A stretch of DNA of 64,000 nucleotides from Octopus bimaculoides (Eukaryota), in contig NC_068983.1 in assembly GCF_001194135.2 (NCBI RefSeq), forward strand, positions 94,686,976-94,750,975, in the 5' to 3' direction. Shown in pieces: positions 25,520 through 38,407 of this stretch. The notes beneath the pieces were generated by a model. It worked only from the letters and a program-made list of their open reading frames with translations. It did not search any database and had not been told where the DNA came from. The position numbers and the translations under genes were made by a program. The stretch's first letter is position 1. Each line of letters starts with the position of its first letter.

Positions 25520-27950
25520 CATCTGTTGTCCATGCTGGCATGTGTTGGATGGTTTGACCAGGGTTGGTAAGCTGGGAGGCTACACCAAACTCCAGTCTCA
25601 TTTGGCATGGTTTTCTACAGCTGGATGCCCTTCCTATAGTCAACCACTCTGATAGTGCAATGGGTGCTTTTACATGCCACCAGCACGGGTGCCATTTGCA
25701 TGACACTGGTATCTGCTATGACTACAATTTTGATGGGTCTTCTTCTCAAGCACAACATAATGCCAATGGTCTCGATCATTGCCTCCATGAGGCCCAACAC
25801 TCAACTGGAACTCAGCCACTTTACCTCCGTGAGGCCCAATGCTTGAAAGGAACTCAGCCACTTTTCCTCCATGAGGCCCAATGCTAGAATGGTGTTCTTT
25901 CCATGCCACCGGCATCGGTGCCAGTTATGTGACAACCAACATCAGCCATGACTACAATTTTACTTGGCTTGACGTGTCTTCTCAAGCACAGCATATCGCC
26001 AAAGNNNNNNNNNNNNNNNNNNNNNNNNNNNNNNNNNNNNNNNNNNNNNNNNNNNNNNNNNNNNNNNNNNNNNNNNNNNNNNNNNNNNNNNNNNNNNNNN
26101 NNNNNNNNNNNNNNNNNNNNNNNNNNNNNNNNNNNNNNNNNNNNNNNNNNNNNNNNNNNNNNNGCTCTCCTCATCTATACACATTACATGACCATACCAG
26201 TACAGTCATCTCTTGTACACCACATTTGATGCCTCTTCTACCTAACTTTTCCCTCAAGATGCTTACACTCTGTCAAACATGCACACTAATACTGCACATC
26301 CAGTGAAGAATACTGGCTTCATTTCTTTCAAGCCTACACATGTTCTTGGCTGTCACAACCAATGTTTCACTGCCATGTAGCATAGCTGTTCACACACAGG
26401 CATCATACAATNNNNNNNNNNGCTGTTCACACACAGGCATCATACAATCTGCATTTCACTCTAAGAGAGAAGCCCTTTGTTGCCGAGCTCTCTGAACTTT
26501 GCCCAGCCTAATCTTATTCTCACAGCTACACTCTNNNNNNNNNNGCTCTCTGAACTTTGCCCAGCCTAATCTTATTCTCACAGCTACACTCTCTGAGTAT
26601 CCACCTATACTACTAACTTGGTCACCTAGATAATGGAAGCTACCTACTACCTCTAGTTTNNNNNNNNNNNNNNNNNNNNNNNNNNNNNNNNNNNNNNNNN
26701 NNNNNNNNNNNNNNNNNNNNNNNNNNNNNNNNNNNNNNNNNNNNNATATTTTCAGCATTTATTGTACCTGTGCATCTTGCACATACAGAAATTAGTTTTC
26801 CTCTTAACTTTCCTCTGATGTTGCTGCACCTTTTGTGTTCAAAGCTTACACCGGGTGCATCTTATGGAGTTTCTACCTATGTCTTTTCTACAGATTGAGC
26901 AGNNNNNNNNNNGGTGCATCTTATGGAGTTTCTACCTATGTCTTTTCTACAGATTGAGCAGGACCATCTACCTGATGGGATTTGTGATTTGTCTGTCTTC
27001 CTACTTACCAAGACTGGTTTTTGCTAGGTTGACTCTAAGTCCCTTTGTTTCTAGACATTGCTTCCATACCTGGAACTTCTCTAGTTCTGGTAGTGATTCA
27101 GCTTTAAGAGCAAAGTCATCAACAAGGGCAGCCTGTCTTAAATTCCTCTTTTATTGCCTGGAGGACTATGATGAACAAGAGGGGGAGGAGCACCAATCCT
27201 TGGTGAACCCCTACTTGTACTCTGAATTCTTTGCTGTACTCATTGCCAACCCACACCTTAAAGGTAGCATCCCTGTACATGGCTTGTACAGCTCTCACCA
27301 ATCACTCATCTGTCCCTAGTTTCCACATTGACCATCAGATAAGGGATCGGGGGACCCTGTCAAAGGCTTTCTTGAAGTCAACAAAGGCCAAGTGCAGAGG
27401 TTTATCTTTGACTAGGTATTTCTCCTGCAGCTGTCTTACCAGAANNNNNNNNNNNNNNNNNNNNNNNNCTGGCACAAAACCAAATTGCATCTCATCTAGG
27501 CTAACTCTCTCCCTAATTCGTTGGGCTGTGACTCTCTCCATAACTTTTATCACCTGATCCAACAATTTGATACCTTTGTAATTATTTCTATCTAAGGCNN
27601 NNNNNNNNCTGATCCAACAATTTGATACCTTTGTAATTATTTCTATCTAAGGCATCACTTTTACTTTTGTAGCAGTCATTTGGTATGACTCCTTTGTGGA
27701 CGACTGATTTACAATACGGGTGACTAGACCATAACTCACACCACCAGATATTTTAAGCATCTCAGCAGTGATTCCCTGTCTTCATATCCACATGGATCCA
27801 CCTTTCCCTGTCTCCATATCCTTAATTACTTTATTTAATAAGGTACTGTCAATTTAGGTAGCTGGTCCCTCAATTGGTTCAACCAAGAGGTAATATTTAT
27901 CCCCAGTTAAACATGCACGNNNNNNNNNNTGTTAGAACTTTAAATTTATA
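25520..27950 (-). mobile_element. RTE-clade LINE, 5'-truncated and decayed, with its 3' UTR
   Basis: The minus strand reads SLDEMQFGFVP...VRQLQEKYLVKDKPLHLAFVDFKKAFDRVPRSLI, FRVQVGVHQGLVLLPLLFIIVLQAI and LEVVGSFHYLGDQVS...WAKFRE. The 3' UTR contains 42-bp internal repeats at about 25780-25890. Confidence 0.88.
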
Positions 27951-28905
27951 TTGACTTAGTCCACCTAGTTGCAAGTAGATAACATTTAATCCTCTGACCT
28001 ATTACTGTGCCTGGAGTGCAAAACTGGCGAGTACTTTCTTTGTTTGCAGTTCTAAGTTTAGATATTCCTATAGGCTTGGACTATGATATAAACACTATCA
28101 ACATTGCCCTATTTTCATTAGTGTCACCACTACAAGAAATTTTAACTTGATTTTGGGGAGGATTGCTCATCCTCTTATATATCAAATATGATAATTCTAG
28201 TTTTCTTTTTTGCTTCCCATATTTTACAGATTAAATTTATGACATCATTGTTTCCAGTATAGTCACACTGCAAACACATTCATCTAGTTACTAAATTTAT
28301 AGGGTCACTTTATAACCATTTTTAATATTGGAACAACACCATTTCCTTTTCTAAGTTGTGATGGCTAAAAAAACTAAAGAACGTTTATCAAAATATTAAC
28401 TGACATGTAATAATACATATCACAGACAAATATCACTTTGATACCATCTCTTGGTCATGTGATATGTTTTCTGATCTTTACATATTTGTTCATGTGGCAT
28501 GGTGTGACAGGAGCAATTTTTGTGCTTTTATCTCTCACTCTTTATTATTTATATATTTAATTATCACACACTCTCTCTCTGGATAAGACTAGAGGTTCTG
28601 TCCTAAACATGCATATTTACAATCCACTTGATTTATATTATAAATATTGGTTTCAGTTTTTTTTTTGTTTTTTGTTTTTTTTTGGTGGGGGTGGGGCTCG
28701 ATTGCATCAATCCCAGTGTTCTTATTTTATCAACCCCAAAAGCATGAAAAGCAAAGTCAACCTTGGCAGAATTTGAACTCAGAACAAGAAGACAGATGAA
28801 CTGCTGCTAAGCATTTTGCCTGGCATGCTAATGATTCTGCCACTTTATTTCATTGTCATCATCATTGTTTAACATCCATTTTCTATGCTGGCATGGATTG
28901 GATGG

Positions 28906-29157
28906 TTATTATTCACTCTATTGTTGTTTAGTCTGACCTCAGTCTCTATCAGGCANNNNNNNNNNNNNNNNNNNNNNNNNNNNNNNNNNNNNNNNNNNNN
29001 NNNNNNNNNNNNNNNNNNNNNNNNNNNNNNNNNNNNNNNNNNNNNNNNNNNNNNNNNNNNNNNNNNNNNNNNNNNNNNNNNNNNNNNNNNNNNNNNNNNN
29101 NNNNNNNAGTAATCACATAAAGACCCATTCTTTGTTTATCACTGAACTATCATCATC
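28906..29157. repeat. Direct repeat copy 1, identical in unmasked bases to 30431-30670
   Basis: ttattattcactctattgttgtttagtctgacctcagtctctatcaggca-[N]-agtaatcacataaagacccattctttgtttatcactgaactatcatcatc occurs at both sites. Confidence 0.85.
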
Positions 29158-30430
29158 CAGACTCCAGTTGTCAGTTGTGTCATGGTTTCTATTGCTGGAT
29201 GCTCTTCCTAATGCCAACCTCTTTGCAGAGTGTGCTGGGTGCTTTTTATGTGACACTGGCAGGAGTGCATTTTATGTGGCATCAGCACCTGTAAAGGACA
29301 AGCCTGTATATATGGATGACTGCAATTTTACTTAGCTTAAATAATGGTTTCAAATTTTGGCACAGGGCCAGCAATTTTGGGAGAGGGGTAAGTTGATTAC
29401 ATCAAGCTTAGTGTTCAACTGGTACTTATTTTATTAACTCCAAAAGGATGAAAGGCAAAGTCAANNNNNNNNNNCTTATTTTATTAACTCCAAAAGGATG
29501 AAAGGCAAAGTCAACCTTGGCAGAGCTGAACTCAGAATGTGAAGCCGGATGAAATGCTGCAAAGCATTTTGCCTGATATGCTAATGATTCTGCCAGCTTT
29601 CCACTTTATATTATAAATATTGATAAGCCTTTGACATAGAAACAATTGTTCAGCCCCTGCAGTAGCTGTTGTGATGTGTTCCCATGATTACATACACCAG
29701 TCGACATGACCTGATGTGTCTAGCTGAAAAATATGTGCTAATGTGTGTCATAAACAGAAAGTATATCCTGCAGTTAATTATGTTTGCTTGCACAGCTTAT
29801 AAATGTTTGTATATGTAAACCCCATTCCACACATATAAAATAGATAANNNNNNNNNNATAAATGTTTGTATATGTAAACCCCATTCCACACATATAAAAT
29901 AGATAAAATGCACCATAATTTCAACACTGAAATTTTTCAGGATATCACTTTGTCTTTTTTATCCTAACCATCCCAACAGTCCTAATTTTTTTAGGCTACA
30001 TTGACTATTTCATGTTGTTATCGTTGACCTATAATCAACACTTCACCATGTTCAACGAATAAAAAAAAAGGGGGCGGGAGAACAGATTCCACTGGTATGT
30101 AAACTGAAAAGAGTCTGTAATTAATCTAATGAGTAAGTTCCTTTTTCACTGATGAACATTCTGAATTGAATTTATGACCTAGTGGTGTGTAAGTTAGGCT
30201 GACTTTACATACAGTTGAATTATGTAGCAAAATATATAATTCTACTTAGTAGTATTATTAGTTTGTTTATTTTTTGTTATTGATTTTGCTTTGTAAATAT
30301 CAGTTCTTTTTAACTACTCTATTGTTTTAAAACTTCAATATTGTTTAATTTCTTTACTCTCTTTTAATTCCTCCAATGGAAAAACATTAAAAATTAGCAT
30401 AATATGTAAATTTTCTTTGGTTTTTAACTT

Positions 30431-30670
30431 TTATTATTCACTCTATTGTTGTTTAGTCTGACCTCAGTCTCTATCAGGCANNNNNNNNNNNNNNNNNNNN
30501 NNNNNNNNNNNNNNNNNNNNNNNNNNNNNNNNNNNNNNNNNNNNNNNNNNNNNNNNNNNNNNNNNNNNNNNNNNNNNNNNNNNNNNNNNNNNNNNNNNNN
30601 NNNNNNNNNNNNNNNNNNNNAGTAATCACATAAAGACCCATTCTTTGTTTATCACTGAACTATCATCATC
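30431..30670. repeat. Direct repeat copy 2
   Basis: See 28906-29157. Confidence 0.85.
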
Positions 30671-30818
30671 ATCATCATATGTCCATTATCCATGGATTGG
30701 ACAGTGTGATCAGAACTGGCAATCTGGGGAGCTGCATCAGTCTCCAGTCAGATTTGGCATGGTTTCTATGGCTGGATGCCCTTCCTAATGCAAACTACTT
30801 TACAGAATGTGTTAGGTG

Positions 30819-31015
30819 CTTTTATGTGGCACCACACAGGCGTTTTTACATGGCACCATACAAGCACTTTTATGTGACACTGCACAGGCACTTTTATGTG
30901 TCCCCGCACAGGAGCTTTTACATGATACTTCACAGGAACTTTTATGTGACGCCACATGGGCATTTTTACATGATGCCGCACAGACACTTTTACATGTCAC
31001 TGCATGAGTGCTTTA
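30819..31015. repeat. 24-bp minisatellite, about 8 copies, inside an RTE-tail-like repeat
   Basis: The (c/t)tttta core recurs at 30819, 30843, 30867, 30891, 30915, 30939, 30963 and 30987 (period 24). Consensus is roughly cttttaYRtgacaccacacaggca. Confidence 0.9.
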
Positions 31016-32609
31016 CACCACCAGAAGGATCAGTCTTAACACTTTTGCTGTGGAGTATGGGTCTTCTTGAGTACAGCAAAGCACCAGGAATCTCAGTCCT
31101 TTGTTTTTGAATACAAAATAGCTGTTTCAATTGTAGTTATTATCATTGCATATTCTTCAGTTCACCTTCCTTACTGTAATTGTTTGAGATACCAATTCAC
31201 TTTAGTTTCTCTTGTTGGAAACTAAAAGATTGCAGAGTAATGTCAGCATTTTCTTCATTTCTTACATACAGACAATAAAAAAAAGTAGACCTCTTTTTAT
31301 TTTGTTGGTAGAATATCTTCATTTTATGCCCACTTTCCATGCTGGCATGGTTTGAATGAGTTATCATGATTCAGTTCAGTTCCTATTTGGAGTAATGACT
31401 CTCTTAGACAAATAAGAAAGCAGATTTCATTCACCATTCTGCAGAAGTTGTTTTGTCCCTGGCACTATTTAACAGTTCCCTCTACCCTACATTATTTCTG
31501 TTTAGTTGTGAATGGTGCAGTGATAATTACACAAGATATGGTTTGTGGATACTGGTTTGAAACAGAATATTCAAATAATATAGAAGATCCAGTTTGCTAC
31601 AATAATCACAGCAGAGTTTACTCAAGTGATTGTAAAAATGTACATGTGTCCTTTAGATAATTTGTATTATTGAAAAATTGTGATGTCTTACAGCATGCAA
31701 TTGTATGATATATTACAACATGCACACTGAAGTCTTTCATTTTCCAAATACTGGTAGAAGGAATCAGTGTTGTATTATGTTCATATATACAATCTGTGCT
31801 GATTTATCATGTGAGAATGGGATGGAAAATTTAGATTCCTTTCTCATAGATAGCCAAGAATTGTCCATAACATCTGATGGTTAAACAAATTTGGCAATGC
31901 ACATCTTTATACAAGGGATACTTGCAGATAACTTGATCATGAAATTGTGAGACTTTGTTAATTTTTGTAAGGATATGTACTTACAGTGGCCTAATCATGA
32001 GGCTAACACTGACAGGACAAACCATTTCAAGACAGTAAGGTCTGAGCAGAGAATTGTAGTAACACCACTATAAAAGTATCACTAATATTTGTCCTCTCAT
32101 CCACGTCTCGCAACTTACTCCAAAATAGCCTTCCCATCCCTCCACAAAGCATACAGCTTCATTTTTAGATGACATCACATTCACAGCTTCCTTGCCTTTC
32201 TCGAGTCACTGTTGCACAATAACTCCAATCCAACTTAAATCACCTTGAAACTCCAGTTCCACAACAGGCTTAAAGAAACACTTACCAAGTCTACTGTCTC
32301 CCTTCTTATAAGCTACACCAGAATAAGCTACTTCATTTCATATTAAACAACTTAACATTCCACACACACACACAAACAGGAGACAAATAGTAGAGGACCA
32401 CACAACTCCTCTACAATATTCACAAGCATAAAAGAAAGTAAAATGCTCGAGCATGTGGTCACCACACAAACTATAACAACAGTATATAAACACTTGATCC
32501 ATCCGAGACTATTAGTCTTACTTGGGTCCCCAATCTCACTACATCNNNNNNNNNNATCCATCCGAGACTATTAGTCTTACTTGGGTCCCCAATCTCACTA
32601 CATCATCAT

Positions 32610-33620
32610 CATCATCAATCATTTTGAATCCAGGTTTTGTCCACTCTAACGGTGGTGGCCGGATCTACCTCAATGCCATAGCAACCACCCTCACACCATC
32701 TCACCCGGTTTTCGGCATCCTCCCTTCTCAAGCCAACCCTTCCAATCTTCTCTTCCACCTGTCCCCTCCACATTTTCCTCAGTCTACCTCGCTTTCGTTG
32801 TCCATTTACCTCAANNNNNNNNNNAGCACCCTCTTCAGAACATGCTCCTCATCCCTCCTCAACACATGTCCATATCACCAAACTCCATTTGCCCTTGCCA
32901 GCTATTCCACTGATTCCTCCAACCCCAGCATCCCCATCAAGTCCTCAGTCCTCTTATCNNNNNNNNNNCAACCCCAGCATCCCCATCAAGTCCTCAGTCC
33001 TCTTATCAAACAGCCTCATGCCACACATTTCCCTCACTATTGCTCTCTCAGTCCTTCTCAAAATTGCCATTTTTCTCCCCTCAAACACCATGTCTCACTC
33101 CCATGCAGTGTTGCAGCTCTCACATAACTCCTATGGACCTTTCCTTTCATCTTCAATGAAAACCTTTTCCCATATAACAACGCTCCACATTTCCTGAATT
33201 TCACCCAGACAAGTCTCGCTCTTGTTGTCACAGCTGCTTCACATCCACCACTTATATGCACCCTATCTCCCAAATAACAAAACCCTCTCACCATCTCCAC
33301 CTCATCACNNNNNNNNNNNNNNNNNNNNNNCAGCCCTCCAGCTCCTTTCTCACATCTTCCACAAACAAACTCTCTTGCCAATCTTGGGGTCACCTTCATT
33401 TTCATACATCTACCATGAATCCATTTCTCACCTTTCATACACAACACCACATTNNNNNNNNNNTACATCTACCATGAATCCATTTCTCACCTTTCATACA
33501 CAACACCACATTTGCCGTTACCCTCCTCCCACATGCACCACATGGATCCACCTTACTCACTAACACTNNNNNNNNNNACTCACTAACACTTCTCCTTCCA
33601 CCCCACTCACCATCACCTTT
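32610..33620 (-). mobile_element. RTE-clade LINE 3' portion, decayed
   Basis: KWIHGRC...VCGRC...DEVEMVRGFCYLGDRVHISGGCEAAVTTRARLVWVKFRKCGALL...SLKMKGKVHRSYVRAATLHGSETW; ends in a (GAT)n tail (catcatcatc on + at about 32600). Confidence 0.85.
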
Positions 33621-35964
33621 GTCTTCCCGAGGTTTACCATCAAACCCTTGCTTTCAAACACCTCCTATTTCCAAAACCTCTCAATCCCTCCATTGTCTCA
33701 CTCATCAGAATAATAAATTACAATGAACAGGAAACAGTGCACTACACAAAACAAAAATATTAAAAATGAAAGCCCACTTTGATGTGTGAGGGGTATAGGT
33801 TGTTGTTGCATCAAGCTTCAAAACCTTCCTCCACTCAGTCTCTGTCACTAAATGAAAATTAACTTCCATAACATCCCTGGAGCACTATGAAAGCAACTCC
33901 CTAAAATAATGCCATCTCGCTCTCTACCCAGACAGGTATGGAAACACATACACACAGAAAAAGCTACACTATCAATAACATTAAGACACACAACCAATAA
34001 TAAATGCAGAGGAACAGTAATTGTTGCACTTCTGCTGAGTTTACTTTGCTTACATCTGCTGCAGTCACTAGTAGAATCTTTGGGCATACAGAAATAGACT
34101 GGACAGTGGAAAGAGGGTAGTATATCCAACTTGTTACACTACTCATCTGATTTATCACTGTGCCATCATGTGAAGCATGGTCCTCAGCTAGACAGAAACT
34201 TGTTTAACTGGGAACATGGATCTGTAGGTCACATCTCATCTTTCAGTAAACCACTTGCACACTGGGCTGACTTAGGACTACATAACAACAACTTGTCATG
34301 ACAGACCACATACTAACCACAAGACCTAAATAGTGGACTGCAGTAGCCATAGTAACACTTCTATGATAGACCTCAAGAACCTATTAGAAGGCCACTATAG
34401 GTTACTTCATCTACTAGAATTAATGGTCAAATTTCTCTTGAATCATCTAGTCTTTAAAAAAGAGCACATTGAGTAATGTAGCCTTGTATGCCAAAAAAAA
34501 ATGGATAGGAATGCTTTTACTCATAGATCTGTCCATCAAAGCTGACCTAATACAAAACAACAATCTCTTCAAAGCTACTGCAAGAATTGAACTGCGGAAC
34601 TGTAGTGACTCTCGTAACACCACTGTGGAATTATGATTTGAGACTGATGATTGATCAGTGTGTATTTGGTCTCACCTCCTCCTTTCCAATACTCAATGTT
34701 TCTTGCCCCCAATTTAGAATTAGTGTTGGTCTAATGTAATTCCAAGTTTCAAAAGACTTTTTAGTCATCCTTCAAGCATTTATCAGCATAGCTTTACACA
34801 TCTGTTGTCGTACTATTTCTTGGTCCTACCTTTTTTAACAAAGGACCTAATTTCTGTTGAACACAATATCTACTTGCCTCTGACATAATCTGTATCTCAA
34901 CAGCTGTTGCCTGTCTCTTTTTTCTTTGTTTTAAACAATATTTTTCATACTCAGTCTCTATTTCATTTGACAACTAAGATATTTCATTCAAAATATTGAT
35001 TTATTCTTCTCTAGATGTAGCCGTATATTATCATAATTTGACCATTATCTGTTAATCTATTGTCAACAAAGGTAGTAGTTACTTCCTGAGACTTTATGCA
35101 ACTGTTTCACCCTCTTGGTTTCTTCCTTGCATTAATTAAATTAATGAAAAGAATTCAACTATTAATCATCACAATTGTCCATAACTTTATTCCTAAATTA
35201 AGTCAATCAGTGCAACTGCATTTTATGTTTGTTTTGTGTATATAAATGAGATGCTTCTGCACTTTTGTTAGTGGGAGAGGTGGGAACATACTGCCTGGTT
35301 CAAAATTGCCTACTAACTATTTGGTACCTTTTAGTGGAGTTCAGGCCATTGCAAGCACTCAAACTAGGCTTCCTTCCAGAAAATACTATGTTCTCTTTTT
35401 GTGCCAATTCCCATGGCTCTCTTTTTTTTTTTTTTNNNNNNNNNNTTTTTTTTTTTTTTCTGTTTAATGCAGTAGGAATTGGCACAATTCCTATTACACT
35501 TTTGCACAATAGGACTGCTCTTTTTCAGAGGTTAAGTGAAGAGCATTAGGTAATTAATGTTACTGTCTAACAATAGAAGGGCCTGATCCTGTGGGTAATA
35601 CCACCAGNNNNNNNNNNGTTACTGTCTAACAATAGAAGGGCCTGATCCTGTGGGTAATACCACCAGAGGCCACCCTATCAACTGGCATATAATCTCATAA
35701 CTTTTGTAATCTCAATTGCAAGCATAAGATTTTAAAAAGTCCACCTATCACCATTGATGTCCATCTTCCAACTCCACCACCAAAGCTGCATAAAATGAAT
35801 GGTAAAATGAAATCGAATCAGAATCACACTCAATCTGTTAGATAATTCTCAGTATCATAACTAGTTATTGATCACTCTTCATTCCTTGTTGCTTAATCCC
35901 AGATCCACTTCCCTTGTCATAAACAGCAACATCAGCACCTTAAAATCATCTACTATGGTCATAA

Positions 35965-36368
35965 GCATGGCTGTGTGGTTAAGAAGCTTGCTTTGCAACC
36001 TTGTGATTTCTGGTTCAGTTTCACTGCATGTTACCTTGAGCAAGTATCTTCTGCTATAGCCCCAGTCTGACCAATTCCTTTTGAGTGAATTTGGCAGGCA
36101 GAAATCGTGGGGCAGCTTGTTGCTTGTATTTGTCACCCTGCTGCCCCTACCACTTGACAATTGGTCTTTGTTTATGTCTCCATAGCTTAGCAGTTTAGCA
36201 AAAGAGACTAATAGAATAAGTGCTGCACTTCAAAAAGAAAAAAAAAAANNNNNNNNNNAAAAAAAAAAACATGTAAGTACTGGGGTTGATTTGTTTGACT
36301 AAAATCTTTCAAAGTGGTGCTCCAGTGTGGCTACATTCCAATAACTGAAACCAGTAAAAGATAAAAGA
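35965..36368 (+). mobile_element. tRNA-derived SINE family A
   Basis: Similar to 9239-9683. Confidence 0.75.
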
Positions 36369-36639
36369 CAATGTATCAAATGGCAACCCTCTTGCTTTAT
36401 CATAATTTAGCATTCATTTTCATTCTGCCATGGATAGGTTGAATGGTTTGACCAGAGCTAACAAGCTGGAGAGCTGCATGAAATTCCAGTCTGGTTTGGC
36501 TTGGTTTCTACGATGGGATGCCCTTCCTAATACCACCCACTTTACAGAGTGTGCTGGGTGCTTTTTGCATGGATTGGAATGGATGCTTTTTACATCGGAG
36601 AAATTGGTTAGAAGTTAGCCTGTCACTTTTGGAAACATT

Positions 36640-37128
36640 TGCAGATCCTAAGCGCCAACAGATACCTCAAACTTGTCATCTACCAGTTCAACACTCCCAA
36701 TTTCATATTGATTTTTTTTTTAGTTTCATTCAACACCACAGCAATTTTGTTTCTCAGTTCTGTCCTGAACAACAATTAATCTTCCTTTTGGATATAGCTT
36801 GTACCCTACATATCAATAACCTACTAGCTTCCCTCTACCCACCCACACACATCCATTCATGCATTACCCCCTCCTTTTTTTTTTTTTTTTNNNNNNNNNN
36901 NNNNNNNNCTTTTTTTTTTTTTTTTGTTACCTATCCACCTCATATAATGCTTTGTTCATACCACACACATTATGCTATGTCTATTAAATCTGCAGTATAT
37001 ATCAATTTCATCTGCATCTTATCTCCTTATGTATTTCTATGTCAGCATCACACTTATGTTGGATTTTTTTATGCTGTTACCTCCTCGACTTTTCAATTGC
37101 TACTGCTTTATCCACCTCCAATTTCTAA

Positions 37129-37174
<46 letters not shown>

Positions 37175-37184
37175 NNNNNNNNNN

Positions 37185-37223
<39 letters not shown>

Positions 37224-37560
37224 CTGCTCACATTTAATTCCCCACTCTCACTACACACTACAACCACTCACATGTTTAATCACTTCAATGTTNNNNNNNN
37301 NNACTCTCACTACACACTACAACCACTCACATGTTTAATCACTTCAATGTTTGTTTGATATTAGCTCTCCATCCTACTCTTCTTTCCTGGAAGCTACTTT
37401 CTCTTGCCCCTATTTCCTTTCCATTATTATTCCCCATGCTGCCTCTTCCATAACCACACAGCCCCCACTTCCACCTTCCATCTATTTTGATAAAGGATAA
37501 ACATTCTGAAACGTTGCTTTCTTCATAGCATAATACATTCACTTTGTACCCCTGTTATTT
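36640..37560 (+). mobile_element. Decayed Penelope-like element (RT-like fragment and 3' pseudo-LTR), interrupted by (CA)n
   Basis: FIQHHSNF...LIFLLDIACTLHINNLLASLYPPTHIH resembles PLE RT HPxIxFT...LPFLD...TSVYxKPTxxH. A hammerhead-like motif lies at 37487-37515. Confidence 0.45.
37133..37221. repeat. (CA)n microsatellite (similar tracts at about 20097-20146 and 52984-53012)
   Basis: Read directly. Confidence 0.95.
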
Positions 37561-38067
37561 TCTTTGTTTATATGTGTGTATTGATGTTTGCTTTTATGTT
37601 CAGTTATAGCAAAAAATAATTTCACATTAATCAGATGGATTACTCTATACTTTTGTAGAGTAAAAATTTACTATTCTTATACAAGAATGTTGTTGACAGT
37701 AACTTTGAAATTTTGGCCATCACTGGATTTCTTGTATAAGGATAATATGTGTGTGTGAAGGGGCATGGCTTAGTGGTTAGTGTATTTGGCTTGTGATCAT
37801 AAGATCGTGAGTTCAGTTCCCACTGACACATTGTGTCCTTGAGCAAGACACTTTATTTCATGTTGCTCCAGTCTNNNNNNNNNNGTCCTTGAGCAAGACA
37901 CTTTATTTCATGTTGCTCCAGTCTATTCAGCTGGTTAAAATGAATAGAACCTGTATTTCAAAGGCCCAGCCTTATAACACTGAATCTCCCTGAGAACTAT
38001 GTTAAGGGTACATGTGTCTGTGGACTGCTCAGCCACATGTATGTTAATTTATATATATATTGGAGTC

Positions 38068-38101
<34 letters not shown>

Positions 38102-38111
38102 NNNNNNNNNN

Positions 38112-38144
<33 letters not shown>

Positions 38145-38407
38145 TTGTTTTTACTCATAATTTACCTTCTGCAAAAATACATTTCCCACTCAGCCCAGAC
38201 AGAAAAAAGAAAAAAACATGACATAGAAATAATACTTATTAGCCTCAAGAACTATGCCAGGATACACACTGCTAATGACAAGTGCAGATGAATGACAACT
38301 GTTTTGCTCTGACCAAGTTCACTGTTCCCACTTTTGCTATAGCTACAACCTGCAGTGAGCCTCATATAAATAGACTGAGCAATGGCGAGCACAACTTGTC
38401 TTTACTA

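Noticed and set aside
36518-37237. Longest ORF in the track (239 aa)
   Set aside because: It is a chimera of an RTE-tail repeat, a decayed Penelope fragment, poly-T, N gaps and (CA)n.
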